IMG/VR virus record: IMGVR_UViG_3300018877_000005
Coordinates: 1,523 to 65,522 of that record
Source: a virus
DNA length: 64,000 nt
Strand: one strand, 5' to 3'
A program made the position numbers and the translations under genes. This document shows, one piece after another, positions 8,197 through 17,493 of the stretch (the stretch's first letter is position 1; each line of letters starts with the position of its first letter). The notes beneath the pieces were generated by a model that worked only from the letters and a program-made list of their open reading frames with translations, was not told the DNA's origin and ran no database searches.

Positions 8197-8410
8197 TGGC
8201 GAGAGGTGGTCTCACGTCCCCTGCGGTTAAGCCCAAAGACCGTAGACCGCAGATCACCTCTCACCCGAGAACCTCACATGGGTTTCTCAGAGGGTGAGAT
8301 GGGGCGCGGCGACACCGCCTTAATCACCAAGGGGGCAATGATAGCGGGTTCGTGCCGGCCTGCCTCATCTCACCCTCTGAGGGACTCCAAAATGACGCAA
8401 GCGAGGTGCG

Positions 8411-8608
8411 ATGTCTCCCGAGGACCGGGCAAAAGCCTATTGTGCAAGCATTGGTGCCGATCCCGATGAAATCGTGGTCGGCTTCCGGCGTTACAGGGAC
8501 GGCTTTCTTCACCGTGATCGCAAGCCGCGCTGGCAATGGTACGTCGGGGCAGAGCTTCCACGCCCGCGCACATGCCCTCGTCAGACCTTCATAAAGCTGG
8601 TGGATTGA
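8411..8608 (+). CDS. Hypothetical protein (65 aa)
   Basis: GAGGTG RBS; ORF track. Confidence 0.55.
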   Translation: MSPEDRAKAYCASIGADPDEIVVGFRRYRDGFLHRDRKPRWQWYVGAELPRPRTCPRQTFIKLVD

Positions 8609-8609
8609 C

Positions 8610-9845
8610 ATGGCTCTCCGTTGCGGTGATTGCAAATCGAAGCGGCAAGAGAAGATCGAGCAGACCGGGGACCGGGCACACGCCCGATTAGGGCCGTCCT
8701 CGGCAAGCCGTTGGTTGCGCTGCCCCGGCTCCGTCAATTTCCTTGAGGACACTGAAGCCGAGGACGGGGGTGGCGTTCCGGCTGCTGAAGGGACGATCCT
8801 CCACTCGTTCTGCGAGGATGCGCTCAACAAGAACCTCGACGCCTATTCCTTCGTGGGTGAGACCCGAGAGCACGACGGATTCAAGCTCGAACTCACGGAT
8901 GAGCTTGCTGACATGATGCAAGCCGGACTCGACGTGATCGACACCCTGCCCGGCAAGCTCTATGTCGAGTACCGCGTCAAGTTGGACCGTTGGATGCCGG
9001 GCCAGTTCGGCACTCTCGACGTGGGCCTCGCGGGCAAAAAGAGAATCCACATTTGGGATTGGAAATGGGGCTTCGGTCCCGTCGATCCCGTTGAGAACGA
9101 CCAACTGCGCATCTACGCCCTCGGCTTTTGGGACAACATCGCCCGGCACATTACCGATGCGACCGATTTCACGCTGCATATCTGGCAACCCCGCGCCCCT
9201 GGCGGCGGAGGATCGTGGAACACGACGCTCGATGAGCTTTTGGAGTTCGGCAAGCACGTCAAGAGACAGGCCGCCGCGACCTACGGGAAGGACGCCCCGC
9301 GCATCCCCGGCCCGAAGCAATGCCAGTGGTGCGACGGCGCGAAAACGCTGACCTGCCCCGAATATTCTGCCTACAACATGGCTCTCGTGGTGGCTGACTT
9401 TGACGACCTCGATGACCGCATGGAAATGGGCGTGCCGCCACGGATGCCGAAGTCCGAGGACCTCACGCCGGAACGTCGCAGCTACATCATCGAGCACAAG
9501 GCGATGTTCATCAAATTCCTCGAACGCCTGGAGCGCGACACGCTCGATGAGGCGCTCAAGGGACGCACCACGCCCGGTCTCAAGCCGGTCGCGGGGCGCA
9601 ACCCGCCCGCCAAGTGGAAGGACGAGGACCTCGCCCGCCCGATCCTCGAACGCGCCCTCGAAGAAGAGGCGTACCGCAGGAAGCTCATCACGCCCTCGCA
9701 AGCCTCGAAGCTCCTGCCGGGCAAGATTTTCGCCAAACTCTCGGACTTCATCGAGCGTGGCGATCCGAAGCCCATCCTCGTGTCGGAACACGACAGTCGC
9801 GAGCGTCTGAAGCCGCTTGAGGATGAGTTTGAAGATTTGGTTTGA
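8610..9845 (+). CDS. DUF2800-family Cas4-like PD-(D/E)xK exonuclease
   Basis: HARLGPSSASRWLRCPGS, FGTLDV..IWDWKWG, C-terminal CQWC..C cysteines. Confidence 0.85.
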   Translation: MALRCGDCKSKRQEKIEQTGDRAHARLGPSSASRWLRCPGSVNFLEDTEAEDGGGVPAAEGTILHSFCEDALNKNLDAYSFVGETREHDGFKLELTDELADMMQAGLDVIDTLPGKLYVEYRVKLDRWMPGQFGTLDVGLAGKKRIHIWDWKWGFGPVDPVENDQLRIYALGFWDNIARHITDATDFTLHIWQPRAPGGGGSWNTTLDELLEFGKHVKRQAAATYGKDAPRIPGPKQCQWCDGAKTLTCPEYSAYNMALVVADFDDLDDRMEMGVPPRMPKSEDLTPERRSYIIEHKAMFIKFLERLERDTLDEALKGRTTPGLKPVAGRNPPAKWKDEDLARPILERALEEEAYRRKLITPSQASKLLPGKIFAKLSDFIERGDPKPILVSEHDSRERLKPLEDEFEDLV

Positions 9846-9907
9846 ATGTCACCTTTAAAGTGACTTTTCATCCAAAAAGTGTCAGAACAAACCTCTAGGA
9901 GAAAGCA

Positions 9908-10786
9908 ATGTCTGACCCGTTAAAAATCCAACTGAAGAACGTTCGTATCGGCTACCCGGCCCTCTTCCGCCCGAAGGCTTTCGGCAAGGGTGCAGCCGCC
10001 AGCGACCCCGCCTATCAGGCGTCGTTCTACCTCGATAAAGAGGACAAGCTGCATAAGAAGTTCATCGAGCAGATCAAGGACGCGATTGATCTGGCGAAAG
10101 AGGGTAAGTGGGGCAACAAGATTCCGAAGATCGGCTCGGACAAGATTTGCCTCAAGGACGGCGATAAGCTGGAGGAGCCGGCCCCCGAGGAAGAGGGTCA
10201 CTACATCCTCTCCGCCCGCAACAAGAAGAAGCCGCTCGTGATCGATCTCGACAAGACAGAGCTTGTTGAGGCAGACGGTCGCCCCTACGGCGGCTGCTAC
10301 GTGGACGCCATCGTCCGCATTTGGGCGCAGGACAATGAGTTCGGCAAGCGCATCAACTGTTCGCTCGAAGCTGTTCGCTATCGCGACAAGGGTGAGGCGT
10401 TCGGTGCCGCTCCGGTGAGCGCCGACGAGTTCGATGACGAGGACGACCTTCCGCCTCGCCGCGAGCGCAGCCGTCGAGCCGAACCGGATGATGACGAGGA
10501 TCGCCCCTCGCGCAACAGCCGCAGCCGCCGTGACGCGGATGAGGACGAGGATGAGCGTCCGTCTCGCCGCCGCAACCGCGACGAGGATGACGAGGACGAG
10601 CGTCCGTCCCGCCGCCGCACCCGCGACGAGGATGACGAGGACGAGCGTCCGTCCCGCCGCCGCAGCCGGGATGAGGATGGCGATGACGAGGATCGCCCCT
10701 CGCGCAACAGCCGGTCGCGCAACCGGGACGAGGATGAGGACGAGCGGCCCGCCCGCCGCAGCCGCCGCGATCACGACGACGTGTAA
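9908..10786 (+). CDS. DUF2815-family ssDNA-binding protein with a long D/E-R block-repeat tail
   Basis: LKNVRIGYPALF, PYGGCYVDAIVRIWAQDNEFGKRINCSLEAV; tail of about six DEDDEDERPSRRR units. Confidence 0.85.
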   Translation: MSDPLKIQLKNVRIGYPALFRPKAFGKGAAASDPAYQASFYLDKEDKLHKKFIEQIKDAIDLAKEGKWGNKIPKIGSDKICLKDGDKLEEPAPEEEGHYILSARNKKKPLVIDLDKTELVEADGRPYGGCYVDAIVRIWAQDNEFGKRINCSLEAVRYRDKGEAFGAAPVSADEFDDEDDLPPRRERSRRAEPDDDEDRPSRNSRSRRDADEDEDERPSRRRNRDEDDEDERPSRRRTRDEDDEDERPSRRRSRDEDGDDEDRPSRNSRSRNRDEDEDERPARRSRRDHDDV

Positions 10787-10836
10787 TCCTCCAGTAAAGG
10801 GAACGGTGCCGATCACTCGGCACCGTTCATCTTCTT

Positions 10837-12684
10837 ATGCGCAAACTCGTATTCGACATCGAAATCTACAAAAACTTCTTCTGCGTGATCTTCCTCGACA
10901 TCGAAACCGGGGACGTTTTTTCATGGGAGATGGTTCCAGGCGAACGCCTTGACCGGGAGCGTCTGCGCCGGTTCGTCTCGAAGCATCTCATCATCGGCTT
11001 CAACAGCGCCAACTTCGACCTGCCGGTTCTGTTCGGTGCGATTGCCGGCCTGTCCGTCGAGACCCTCAAGCAGATCGCGGATGACATCATCGTCGGCGGC
11101 TTGAAGCCGTGGGATGTCGAGCGTCAGTACGGGTTCAAGATCGCCCGAGACATCAACCATATCGACCTCATCGAAGTCGCGCCGGGACAAGCCTCGCTCA
11201 AGATTTACTGCGGTCGCCTGCACGGTAAGCGGATGCAGGACCTCCCGATTGAGCCGGACGCGGTTCTCACGCCTCGGGAGATGGATGTCACCTACGACTA
11301 CTGCCTGAACGACCTCCAGGCGACCAAGCTCCTCTACACGTCCCTTCTGCCGCAGATCGAGCTTCGACGCTCGATGTCCAAAGAGTACGGGATCGACCTG
11401 CGCTCAAAATCGGATGCGCAGGTCGCAGAGGCCGTTATCAAGGCTCAGGTGGGGGAAATCCTTGGCGACCTGCCGAAACGCCCTGAGATCGCTCCTGGCA
11501 CGTCCTATTTCTACGATATTCCCCCTTTCATCCGCTATGAGGGTGCGGAGCTTAACGACATCCTCGACATCATCGAGAAAACCAAGTTCCGTGTCGGCCC
11601 TTCCGGCAACATCGTCATGCCGAAGGAACTCTCCGAAGCGGCCATTCGGATCGGCAATGGCGTCTATCGCATGGGGATCGGCGGACTCCATTCATCGGAG
11701 CAATGCGCGGCCCATGTATCGGATGACGAATACGTTCTCATCGACCGTGACGTGGCGTCCTATTATCCGGCGATCATTCTGAACCTGGGCCTCTTCCCGA
11801 AGCATCTCGGCAAGGTGTTCCTGAAGGTCTACCGGGCCATCGTGGAACGCCGCCTCGCGGCCAAGAAAGCCGGTGAAAAGGTTGTCGCAGACTCCCTCAA
11901 GATCACCATCAACGGATCGTTCGGCAAGCTCGGCTCGAAGTGGTCTGCGCTCTACTCGCCGCAGCTTCTCATCCAAGTCACCATCACCGGCCAGTTATCG
12001 CTTCTCATGTTCATCGAGCGCCTTGAGCTTGCCGGCATTCAAGTCGTCTCGGCCAACACCGACGGCATCGTCATCAAATGCAAGCGGTCGATGCTCGGCA
12101 AGCTCGATGAGATCGTCAAGGGATGGGAGCGTGACACGGGCTTTGAGACGGAGGCGACGGAGTACGCCGCCCTCTACTCCCGTGACGTGAACAATTACAT
12201 CGCCGTGAAGCCTGATGGCGCGGCCAAGCGCAAGGGCGCTTACGCCGAGACCGGGATGCAGAAGAATCCGACGAACGACATCTGCGTTGACGCGGTGGTC
12301 GAATACATCACCAAGGGCACGCCGATCTCGCGCACCATCCGCCAGTGCCGGGACATCAAAAAGTTCGTGACCGTCCGCACCGTGCAAGGCGGAGCCGTGA
12401 AGGACGGTGAGTATCTCGGTAAGGCTATCCGCTGGATTTATTCAACCGAGACCGACACGGCGATCCACTACCGCAAGGCTAACAAGACCGGCACGCACAA
12501 CAAGGTGCCGAAGTCCGACGGCGCTCGCCCGGTCATGGAGCTTCCTGACGAGTTCCCGTCTGACATCGATTATGGATGGTACATCCGCGAGGCCCGTTCG
12601 ATCCTGCAAGACATCGGTTATGAGGACGACCTTATCGGGAACGGCCCTGGCCGCAAGCGCAAGCCCGTCGAGGAGGCCGCGTGA
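10837..12684 (+). CDS. DNA polymerase, family B-like, with 3'-5' exonuclease
   Basis: ExoI FDIE, ExoII GFNSANFD, ExoIII YCLND; DVASYYP, KITINGSFGK, ANTDG. Confidence 0.88.
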   Translation: MRKLVFDIEIYKNFFCVIFLDIETGDVFSWEMVPGERLDRERLRRFVSKHLIIGFNSANFDLPVLFGAIAGLSVETLKQIADDIIVGGLKPWDVERQYGFKIARDINHIDLIEVAPGQASLKIYCGRLHGKRMQDLPIEPDAVLTPREMDVTYDYCLNDLQATKLLYTSLLPQIELRRSMSKEYGIDLRSKSDAQVAEAVIKAQVGEILGDLPKRPEIAPGTSYFYDIPPFIRYEGAELNDILDIIEKTKFRVGPSGNIVMPKELSEAAIRIGNGVYRMGIGGLHSSEQCAAHVSDDEYVLIDRDVASYYPAIILNLGLFPKHLGKVFLKVYRAIVERRLAAKKAGEKVVADSLKITINGSFGKLGSKWSALYSPQLLIQVTITGQLSLLMFIERLELAGIQVVSANTDGIVIKCKRSMLGKLDEIVKGWERDTGFETEATEYAALYSRDVNNYIAVKPDGAAKRKGAYAETGMQKNPTNDICVDAVVEYITKGTPISRTIRQCRDIKKFVTVRTVQGGAVKDGEYLGKAIRWIYSTETDTAIHYRKANKTGTHNKVPKSDGARPVMELPDEFPSDIDYGWYIREARSILQDIGYEDDLIGNGPGRKRKPVEEAA

Positions 12685-13010
12685 TGGCGAAGGCCCCGCT
12701 CGATCCCAAAGAAACGTACATCGAGAACAAGGTTGTCGATTACGCCAAAAAGACCGGCTGGAAACAGCGCAAGCTCTCTTGGGTTGGTCGGCACGGTGCG
12801 CCGGATCGCGTGTTCTTCAAGAGCGGCGTCCTCCTGTTTGTCGAGTTCAAGCAGCGCGGAAAGAAGCCGACACCCAATCAAGAGAAAGAGATCGGGGAAC
12901 TTCGCTCGGAAGGGATGCTCGTGTTCGTGATCGACAATATCGACGCGGGCAAGGCGCTCCTCGACTCCTATCGCTCCCGCAACTACCGCCCAACGGATGA
13001 CCTGATATGA
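12684..13010 (+). CDS. VRR-NUC domain nuclease
   Basis: GAPDRVF..LFVEFKQRGKKPTPNQ. Confidence 0.88.
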   Translation: MAKAPLDPKETYIENKVVDYAKKTGWKQRKLSWVGRHGAPDRVFFKSGVLLFVEFKQRGKKPTPNQEKEIGELRSEGMLVFVIDNIDAGKALLDSYRSRNYRPTDDLI

Positions 13011-14509
13011 GGAAGATCGTTCGTAAGCGGAAAGACCTCCGCAAGTACCAGATCGTCTTTACCAACAAGATCAAGAAACTTCCCTACCTCATCCTGGCGC
13101 TCCCCATGGGATCGGGGAAGACCACGACCACGCTCACCGCGATCCTCGATCTGTTGGACGACGGTGTTATCCGTAAGGTGCTCGTGGTCGCCCCGCTCCT
13201 CGTGGCAACCGCCACATGGCCGGACGAGATGGAGGAGTGGGAGCACCTCACCGATCTGACATGGACCCTCGTTCGCGCCGAGGACAAGGACGAGGACATC
13301 CTCGCGGCCAGAAAAGAAGCCTATGAGACGGCTCGAAAGCTCATCGGGCTCGACGCCAAAGAGGCCGCCAAGTTCGCCGGTCGCTTAGCCAACAAAGCAA
13401 AAGTCTGGAAACGGTCCAAACTCGCCCGCGAGAACACCGAAATCCATATCATCAACCGCGAGGCGCTCCCCTGGCTTTGGGAGTTCTTTGACAACGGTAA
13501 GTCCTGGCCCTATGACATGCTCGTTGTGGACGAAGCGTCCATGTTCAAGAACGGCAAAATGCGGACTGAGACCAAGGCTTTGACGCGGTTCGGTGTGATG
13601 GCTAAGGCTCGGAAATCCGCAGAGCGGGTTGTGCTGTTGACGGGCACCCCGGCACCGAAGGGCCTGCAAAACCTTTGGGGCTTGGCCTACATCGCGGACG
13701 GCGGCGAACGCCTCGGCACATCGAAGCACAAGTTCGAGCAGCGGTGGTTCGAGAAGGATCACATGGGCTGGAAGCTGACGCCTAAACCCTACGCCCAAAA
13801 GCAGATCATGGATGAACTCTCCGACATCATGTACTCCCTGTCGGAAGAGGATTGCGTCACCCTCCCTCCCCTCATCCCGGTCCAGGCGAAAGTCACCCTG
13901 CCCCGCAAGGTGATGGACGAGTATCTGCGCTTTGAGGAGACGCTTCTCTCACAACGGTACGATGTGGAGGCGGTCAACAGGGGCGTATTGCACAATAAGC
14001 TCCTGCAATTCGCCAACGGCAGCATGTATAATGAGGACCGCAAGGAAGTCTGGATTCACGATGAGAAGCTAGAGGCCCTTGAGCAGATCGTTGAAGATGC
14101 CAACGGGATGCCCGTTCTCGTCGCCTATTCCTTCAAGTTCGACCTCGCCCGCATCAAAAAAGCCTTTCCGAAAGCGGTTGTGTTCGGAGAAGGTGACGTC
14201 CGTCGCGTCAAAGAGCGTTGGAACAACGGTGAGATTGATATGCTCCTGGCGCACCCGGCATCGGTCGGCCACGGACAAAACATTCAATACGGCTCGAACA
14301 TCTCCGTGTGGTACGGGTTGACCGTCGATCTCGAACTCTACCAACAGCTTACCAAACGCCTCCACCGCTCGGGCCAGAAGGGGGACCGGGTTTGGATGCA
14401 CCATATCATCGCCAAGGGCACCTATGATGAAAAGGTTCTGCCTCTTCTTACCGACAAGAACTCCACACAGAGTCAAATCCTTGAGTCCATACGGTTTAAG
14501 CTGAAATAA
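13007..14509 (+). CDS. SNF2-like superfamily 2 helicase
   Basis: MGSGKT, VVDEAS, LLTGTP, GHGQNIQ, QLTKRLHRSGQ. Confidence 0.9.
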   Translation: MRKIVRKRKDLRKYQIVFTNKIKKLPYLILALPMGSGKTTTTLTAILDLLDDGVIRKVLVVAPLLVATATWPDEMEEWEHLTDLTWTLVRAEDKDEDILAARKEAYETARKLIGLDAKEAAKFAGRLANKAKVWKRSKLARENTEIHIINREALPWLWEFFDNGKSWPYDMLVVDEASMFKNGKMRTETKALTRFGVMAKARKSAERVVLLTGTPAPKGLQNLWGLAYIADGGERLGTSKHKFEQRWFEKDHMGWKLTPKPYAQKQIMDELSDIMYSLSEEDCVTLPPLIPVQAKVTLPRKVMDEYLRFEETLLSQRYDVEAVNRGVLHNKLLQFANGSMYNEDRKEVWIHDEKLEALEQIVEDANGMPVLVAYSFKFDLARIKKAFPKAVVFGEGDVRRVKERWNNGEIDMLLAHPASVGHGQNIQYGSNISVWYGLTVDLELYQQLTKRLHRSGQKGDRVWMHHIIAKGTYDEKVLPLLTDKNSTQSQILESIRFKLK

Positions 14510-14556
14510 GCCTTGCGAAACCTTCGCGTCCCAGGACTAACACCTTCGGATAGATG

Positions 14557-14572
14557 GTTAACGGGGTTTTAA
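14557..14572 (-). promoter_or_regulatory. Perfect CtrA box TTAA-N7-TTAAC upstream of the repressor gene
   Basis: gttaacggggttttaa = TTAA-AACCCCG-TTAAC on the minus strand. Confidence 0.6.
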
Positions 14573-14722
14573 TCCTTTGGGGCGACGGACAAATCCAACC
14601 AAAAAGTGAAAATCTTCTCGGGGGGCCGATTGACTCGGCTCCAACTTTATATATGTATGTCAACATCAGGTTGATACTGAGGCCAGAAGTCAACCCTCGG
14701 CAACGTATATAAGGGAGACAAC

Positions 14723-15439
14723 ATGCTAGAGGTTCAGGTGAGAAACCCAATAATAGCGGCAGACTTCGCAAAGAGATTGGACATCGCGTGTGACAACAGT
14801 GATGTCGTTCCAGAGTATAACCGTGGTCGTCAAAGCTGGATCGCCAATGAACTACTTCGGCGGTACGATGTCAGCGTCAGTAAAGAGACCGTGCGCAAGT
14901 GGTTCGCAGGTGAGGCCCGCCCCCGCCATGACAAGATGAAGGCACTCGCGGCCCTCCTCAAAGTTGACGAGGCGTGGCTCGCCCTCGGCATGAAGCCGGA
15001 CGCTCAGATCAGCGGCGACCGGCGCTTGCGGAGCATCATCACGGACGGGGCGATCCACCTCGTCATCGGAATGGTGACAATGAGCGGCGGAAGCTGCGCC
15101 TTCCCCGACGACAAGGACCCGCGCCGGGAGACGGTTCACTTCTACACGATCATCGGCGGTCGCACGCATCAGGTCTTCGTGTCGGTCGCGCAGGAATATA
15201 ATGACGGTTTCCGGTTCACCCTGACGCACGACTACACGCAGAGCCTCTGCATCGGTGTGGTTCAGAAGACGGCCACCTCGTTTGATCTGTTCGCCTTCCC
15301 GACGGAAACGATTGCCAAGCACGGGAAGAAGCGCGGCGGCTATATCGAGTTGCAGGCTTCCGTCGAAGGCCGCTCCCTCGTGATCGGAGACGAGAAGGTC
15401 GCCCGCGTCACCGATTTCAAGAGCCTTCGCCGCCAATGA
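14723..15439 (+). CDS. XRE-family HTH repressor (candidate immunity repressor), C-terminal domain unassigned
   Basis: VSKETVRKWFAGEARPRHDKMKALAALLKVDEAWLALG; no recognisable S24 autopeptidase. Confidence 0.75.
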   Translation: MLEVQVRNPIIAADFAKRLDIACDNSDVVPEYNRGRQSWIANELLRRYDVSVSKETVRKWFAGEARPRHDKMKALAALLKVDEAWLALGMKPDAQISGDRRLRSIITDGAIHLVIGMVTMSGGSCAFPDDKDPRRETVHFYTIIGGRTHQVFVSVAQEYNDGFRFTLTHDYTQSLCIGVVQKTATSFDLFAFPTETIAKHGKKRGGYIELQASVEGRSLVIGDEKVARVTDFKSLRRQ

Positions 15440-15542
15440 GCCGGGAGACCATTATCAAGCCCTTATTACGGGCACGAGAGAAACCGCCGCCGACACCTCG
15501 CCCGAACCCTTGGGCGAGGTTTTTGATTTCAGGAGAGCCCCC

Positions 15543-15788
15543 ATGAATGAGCTTGAACAGAAGATCGCGGACCTGCGCCTCGCGCCTGGAGGGCCGTCCG
15601 TTGGCGAGGTGTTGATCGCCGGCCTCAAGAGCCTCGGGCGCAAACCCGAAATCGGGCTCGCCAGGGCCTATATCTCTCGCATTGTGGAGATCGCTCAGGC
15701 GGAGCGCGATATTGCCGTGGGCGAGGCTCTCTCGTGGCCTAAAGACGGCAAGCCTCGGGATTGCTTCGGCAACACCCTATCGGACTAA
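15543..15788 (+). CDS. Hypothetical protein (81 aa)
   Basis: AGGAG RBS before the ATG at 15543. Confidence 0.55.
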   Translation: MNELEQKIADLRLAPGGPSVGEVLIAGLKSLGRKPEIGLARAYISRIVEIAQAERDIAVGEALSWPKDGKPRDCFGNTLSD

Positions 15789-15812
15789 AAGAAAAGGGGC
15801 CTCGTGGCCCCT
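15787..15812 (-). terminator. Terminator for the leftward par operon
   Basis: ggggcc-tcgt-ggcccc with an A tract on its left. Confidence 0.6.
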
Positions 15813-15849
15813 ATGAAGTCAATGAAGTCAATGAAGTCATTCACTTCAT
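15813..15849. repeat. Downstream parS-like array: ATGAAGTCA x3 plus one inverted copy
   Basis: Copies at 15813, 15822, 15831; inverted TCACTTCAT at 15841. Confidence 0.8.
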
Positions 15850-15866
15850 TGACAGGCGCGAATGGC

Positions 15867-16292
15867 TTACTTCGCCCGCTCCCGCTCCAGCATATCCATC
15901 AGCATATCGAATGCCTCCCGATAGCTCGGGATACGCTCATCGTGGCACCATTGCAGGAACGCATTGTGCGATCTGACGGAGATGCGTGCCGTGAACGATA
16001 TGGTCGGTTCATCGACCTGCTTGCGGCGGCGCATAGGCATGAACGGTTGCGGAGCCTCGACCTGCGCGACAGGTGATGCTTTGGAATTGGTGCGCGTAGC
16101 CTTCGGGGCCGGATCGGGCTTCTTAGGGGCGGCCTCGTGACCCCCCTCCCCTACTGGCCCATCCGTCTTATCCCAACCCGCCTTGCGTGAAAGCTCAGTC
16201 ACCGCCTTTTCCGCCTCGGGCGGGAGAGGGGGAAGTTCTACTTTCCGCACCCTCGGAATTTGCGGAGTCGGGCGTTCCAACTTCTCACTCAC
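15867..16292 (-). CDS. Type Ib partition centromere-binding protein (disordered N-terminus, C-terminal ribbon-helix-helix-like)
   Basis: GTGA overlap with parA; C-terminal TISFTARIS strand followed by two helices. Confidence 0.6.
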   Translation of the reverse strand: MSEKLERPTPQIPRVRKVELPPLPPEAEKAVTELSRKAGWDKTDGPVGEGGHEAAPKKPDPAPKATRTNSKASPVAQVEAPQPFMPMRRRKQVDEPTISFTARISVRSHNAFLQWCHDERIPSYREAFDMLMDMLERERAK

Positions 16293-16981
16293 GCTGCGTC
16301 CCTCCCCTCTCCTGTAATTTTGCCAAGTGCGATCTCAACCTCGTCAACCCATTTATCGGCGTTTGCGATGGCCTCCTCTACACCGTTCACTTCCTTGATC
16401 CCAAGCCTGATGAAGTCGTCCAGGGTTGCGGCGAAAGTGAACATGGATTCGTAGGCCACCCGAAGTTGAATGCGGGTCTCAAAAAGCGGGAGTTGGAGCT
16501 TCTCAATGTCGGCCCGAATGTTCCTCTCACCAATCGTAGGTCTCGCCCGACATTTGGTCATGAGCATGTGAAATGGGATTCTCTTCCCCAACACCTCTTC
16601 CTCGTCTTGCACGAGACCTGCGGACTTGAATGCCTCGTCCGCATCCAACTGAGTTGCGCCAAGCGGGACGATGACCATTGTCGCACGGGCGATGGCCCGT
16701 GAAGCGGTCATGTTGGTGGACCCCTCAAGATCGACAAGCACCATGTCAGACTCGCGGTACGCCCTGTCGATCTCTTTGATGACGTTCTCCGTCTTCACGT
16801 CGGAGATCACATCGAAAACCTTGTTCTTAGCGCGGCTGTGCCACCGGGAGATTGGTTGGTTCCGGTCGGCGTCCAGAATTGTTACTTTGTAGCCGCGTGC
16901 GGCGAGGCGCGTCCCGAGAATGGCGCAGGAGGTGGACTTACCCGCGCCCCCTTTGGCTGACGTGAATGGAACGATTGGCAT
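16289..16981 (-). CDS. parA: ParA partition ATPase, short type Ib (no N-terminal HTH)
   Basis: Deviant Walker A SAKGGAGKSTS, LDADRN, VLVDLEG, IVPLG; AGGAAGG RBS supports a start at 16981. Confidence 0.9.
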   Translation of the reverse strand: MPIVPFTSAKGGAGKSTSCAILGTRLAARGYKVTILDADRNQPISRWHSRAKNKVFDVISDVKTENVIKEIDRAYRESDMVLVDLEGSTNMTASRAIARATMVIVPLGATQLDADEAFKSAGLVQDEEEVLGKRIPFHMLMTKCRARPTIGERNIRADIEKLQLPLFETRIQLRVAYESMFTFAATLDDFIRLGIKEVNGVEEAIANADKWVDEVEIALGKITGEGRDAA

Positions 16982-17017
16982 GAATGGCTTCCTTCCTGTC
17001 ATTGGCATCACCGACAC

Positions 17018-17235
17018 CAATGACTTACCTGCTTTCAATGCGGTCACGTCACTCAATGCCATCCATGAATTAACGTCAGGTAAAGAAGTCAGTTAAATGA
17101 CTTCATTGAATTACATGACTTCATTGACTTCATTAAACGCGGTCAACGCATTGACCTATTCTAATGAAGTGATGGCATTGACGGCGGTTAACGCCTTGAC
17201 TGGCATTAATGAAATGACCGGGGTGACTTACTCCA
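17018..17235. repeat. Upstream parS/operator array: degenerate 9-bp periodic TGACTTCAT repeats
   Basis: Exact copies at 17098, 17116, 17125, with many in-phase variants; same 9-mer as at 15813. Confidence 0.75.
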
Positions 17236-17239
17236 GTGA

Positions 17240-17269
17240 GCGGGCTCCCGAGGTGACTCGGGAGCCCGC
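17240..17269. repeat. Perfect 13-bp-stem hairpin GCGGGCTCCCGAG-gtga-CTCGGGAGCCCGC
   Basis: Read directly. Confidence 0.85.
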
Positions 17270-17493
17270 CACCTTGGTTCTCAGGCGCGGCCTTGAAACC
17301 GGGTCCGTTCCCCTCTATCTTAGCCAAGGAACCGAGGGGATTTTTAGCCCCCCTCGGAACCTTCGGCGTTTTAAAGGGTCACGGAAAGGGTCAGTTTCCG
17401 TTTCCCCCACCGAAGCTCGATTGTGAACTTGATGCTCACTTTCTTGCCTCCGTGAAGTGTCAGGCACCGCGCCTGACCCATTCTTGATACAGC

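Noticed and set aside
10430-10786. Tandem DNA repeats as a possible CRISPR array, given the nearby Cas4-like gene
   Set aside because: Repeats are in-frame coding units with no unique spacers; DUF2800 nucleases are ordinary phage recombination proteins
10378-10952. Several alternative-frame ORFs with poly-Ser/Arg or Thr-Arg-Met repeats
   Set aside because: Shadows of the SSB repeat tail; no RBS or family motif
17097-17426. 109-aa ORF MTSLNYMTSLTSLN... and the 27-codon N-terminal extension of parA
   Set aside because: By-products of the 9-bp repeat array; the RBS supports a parA start at 16981
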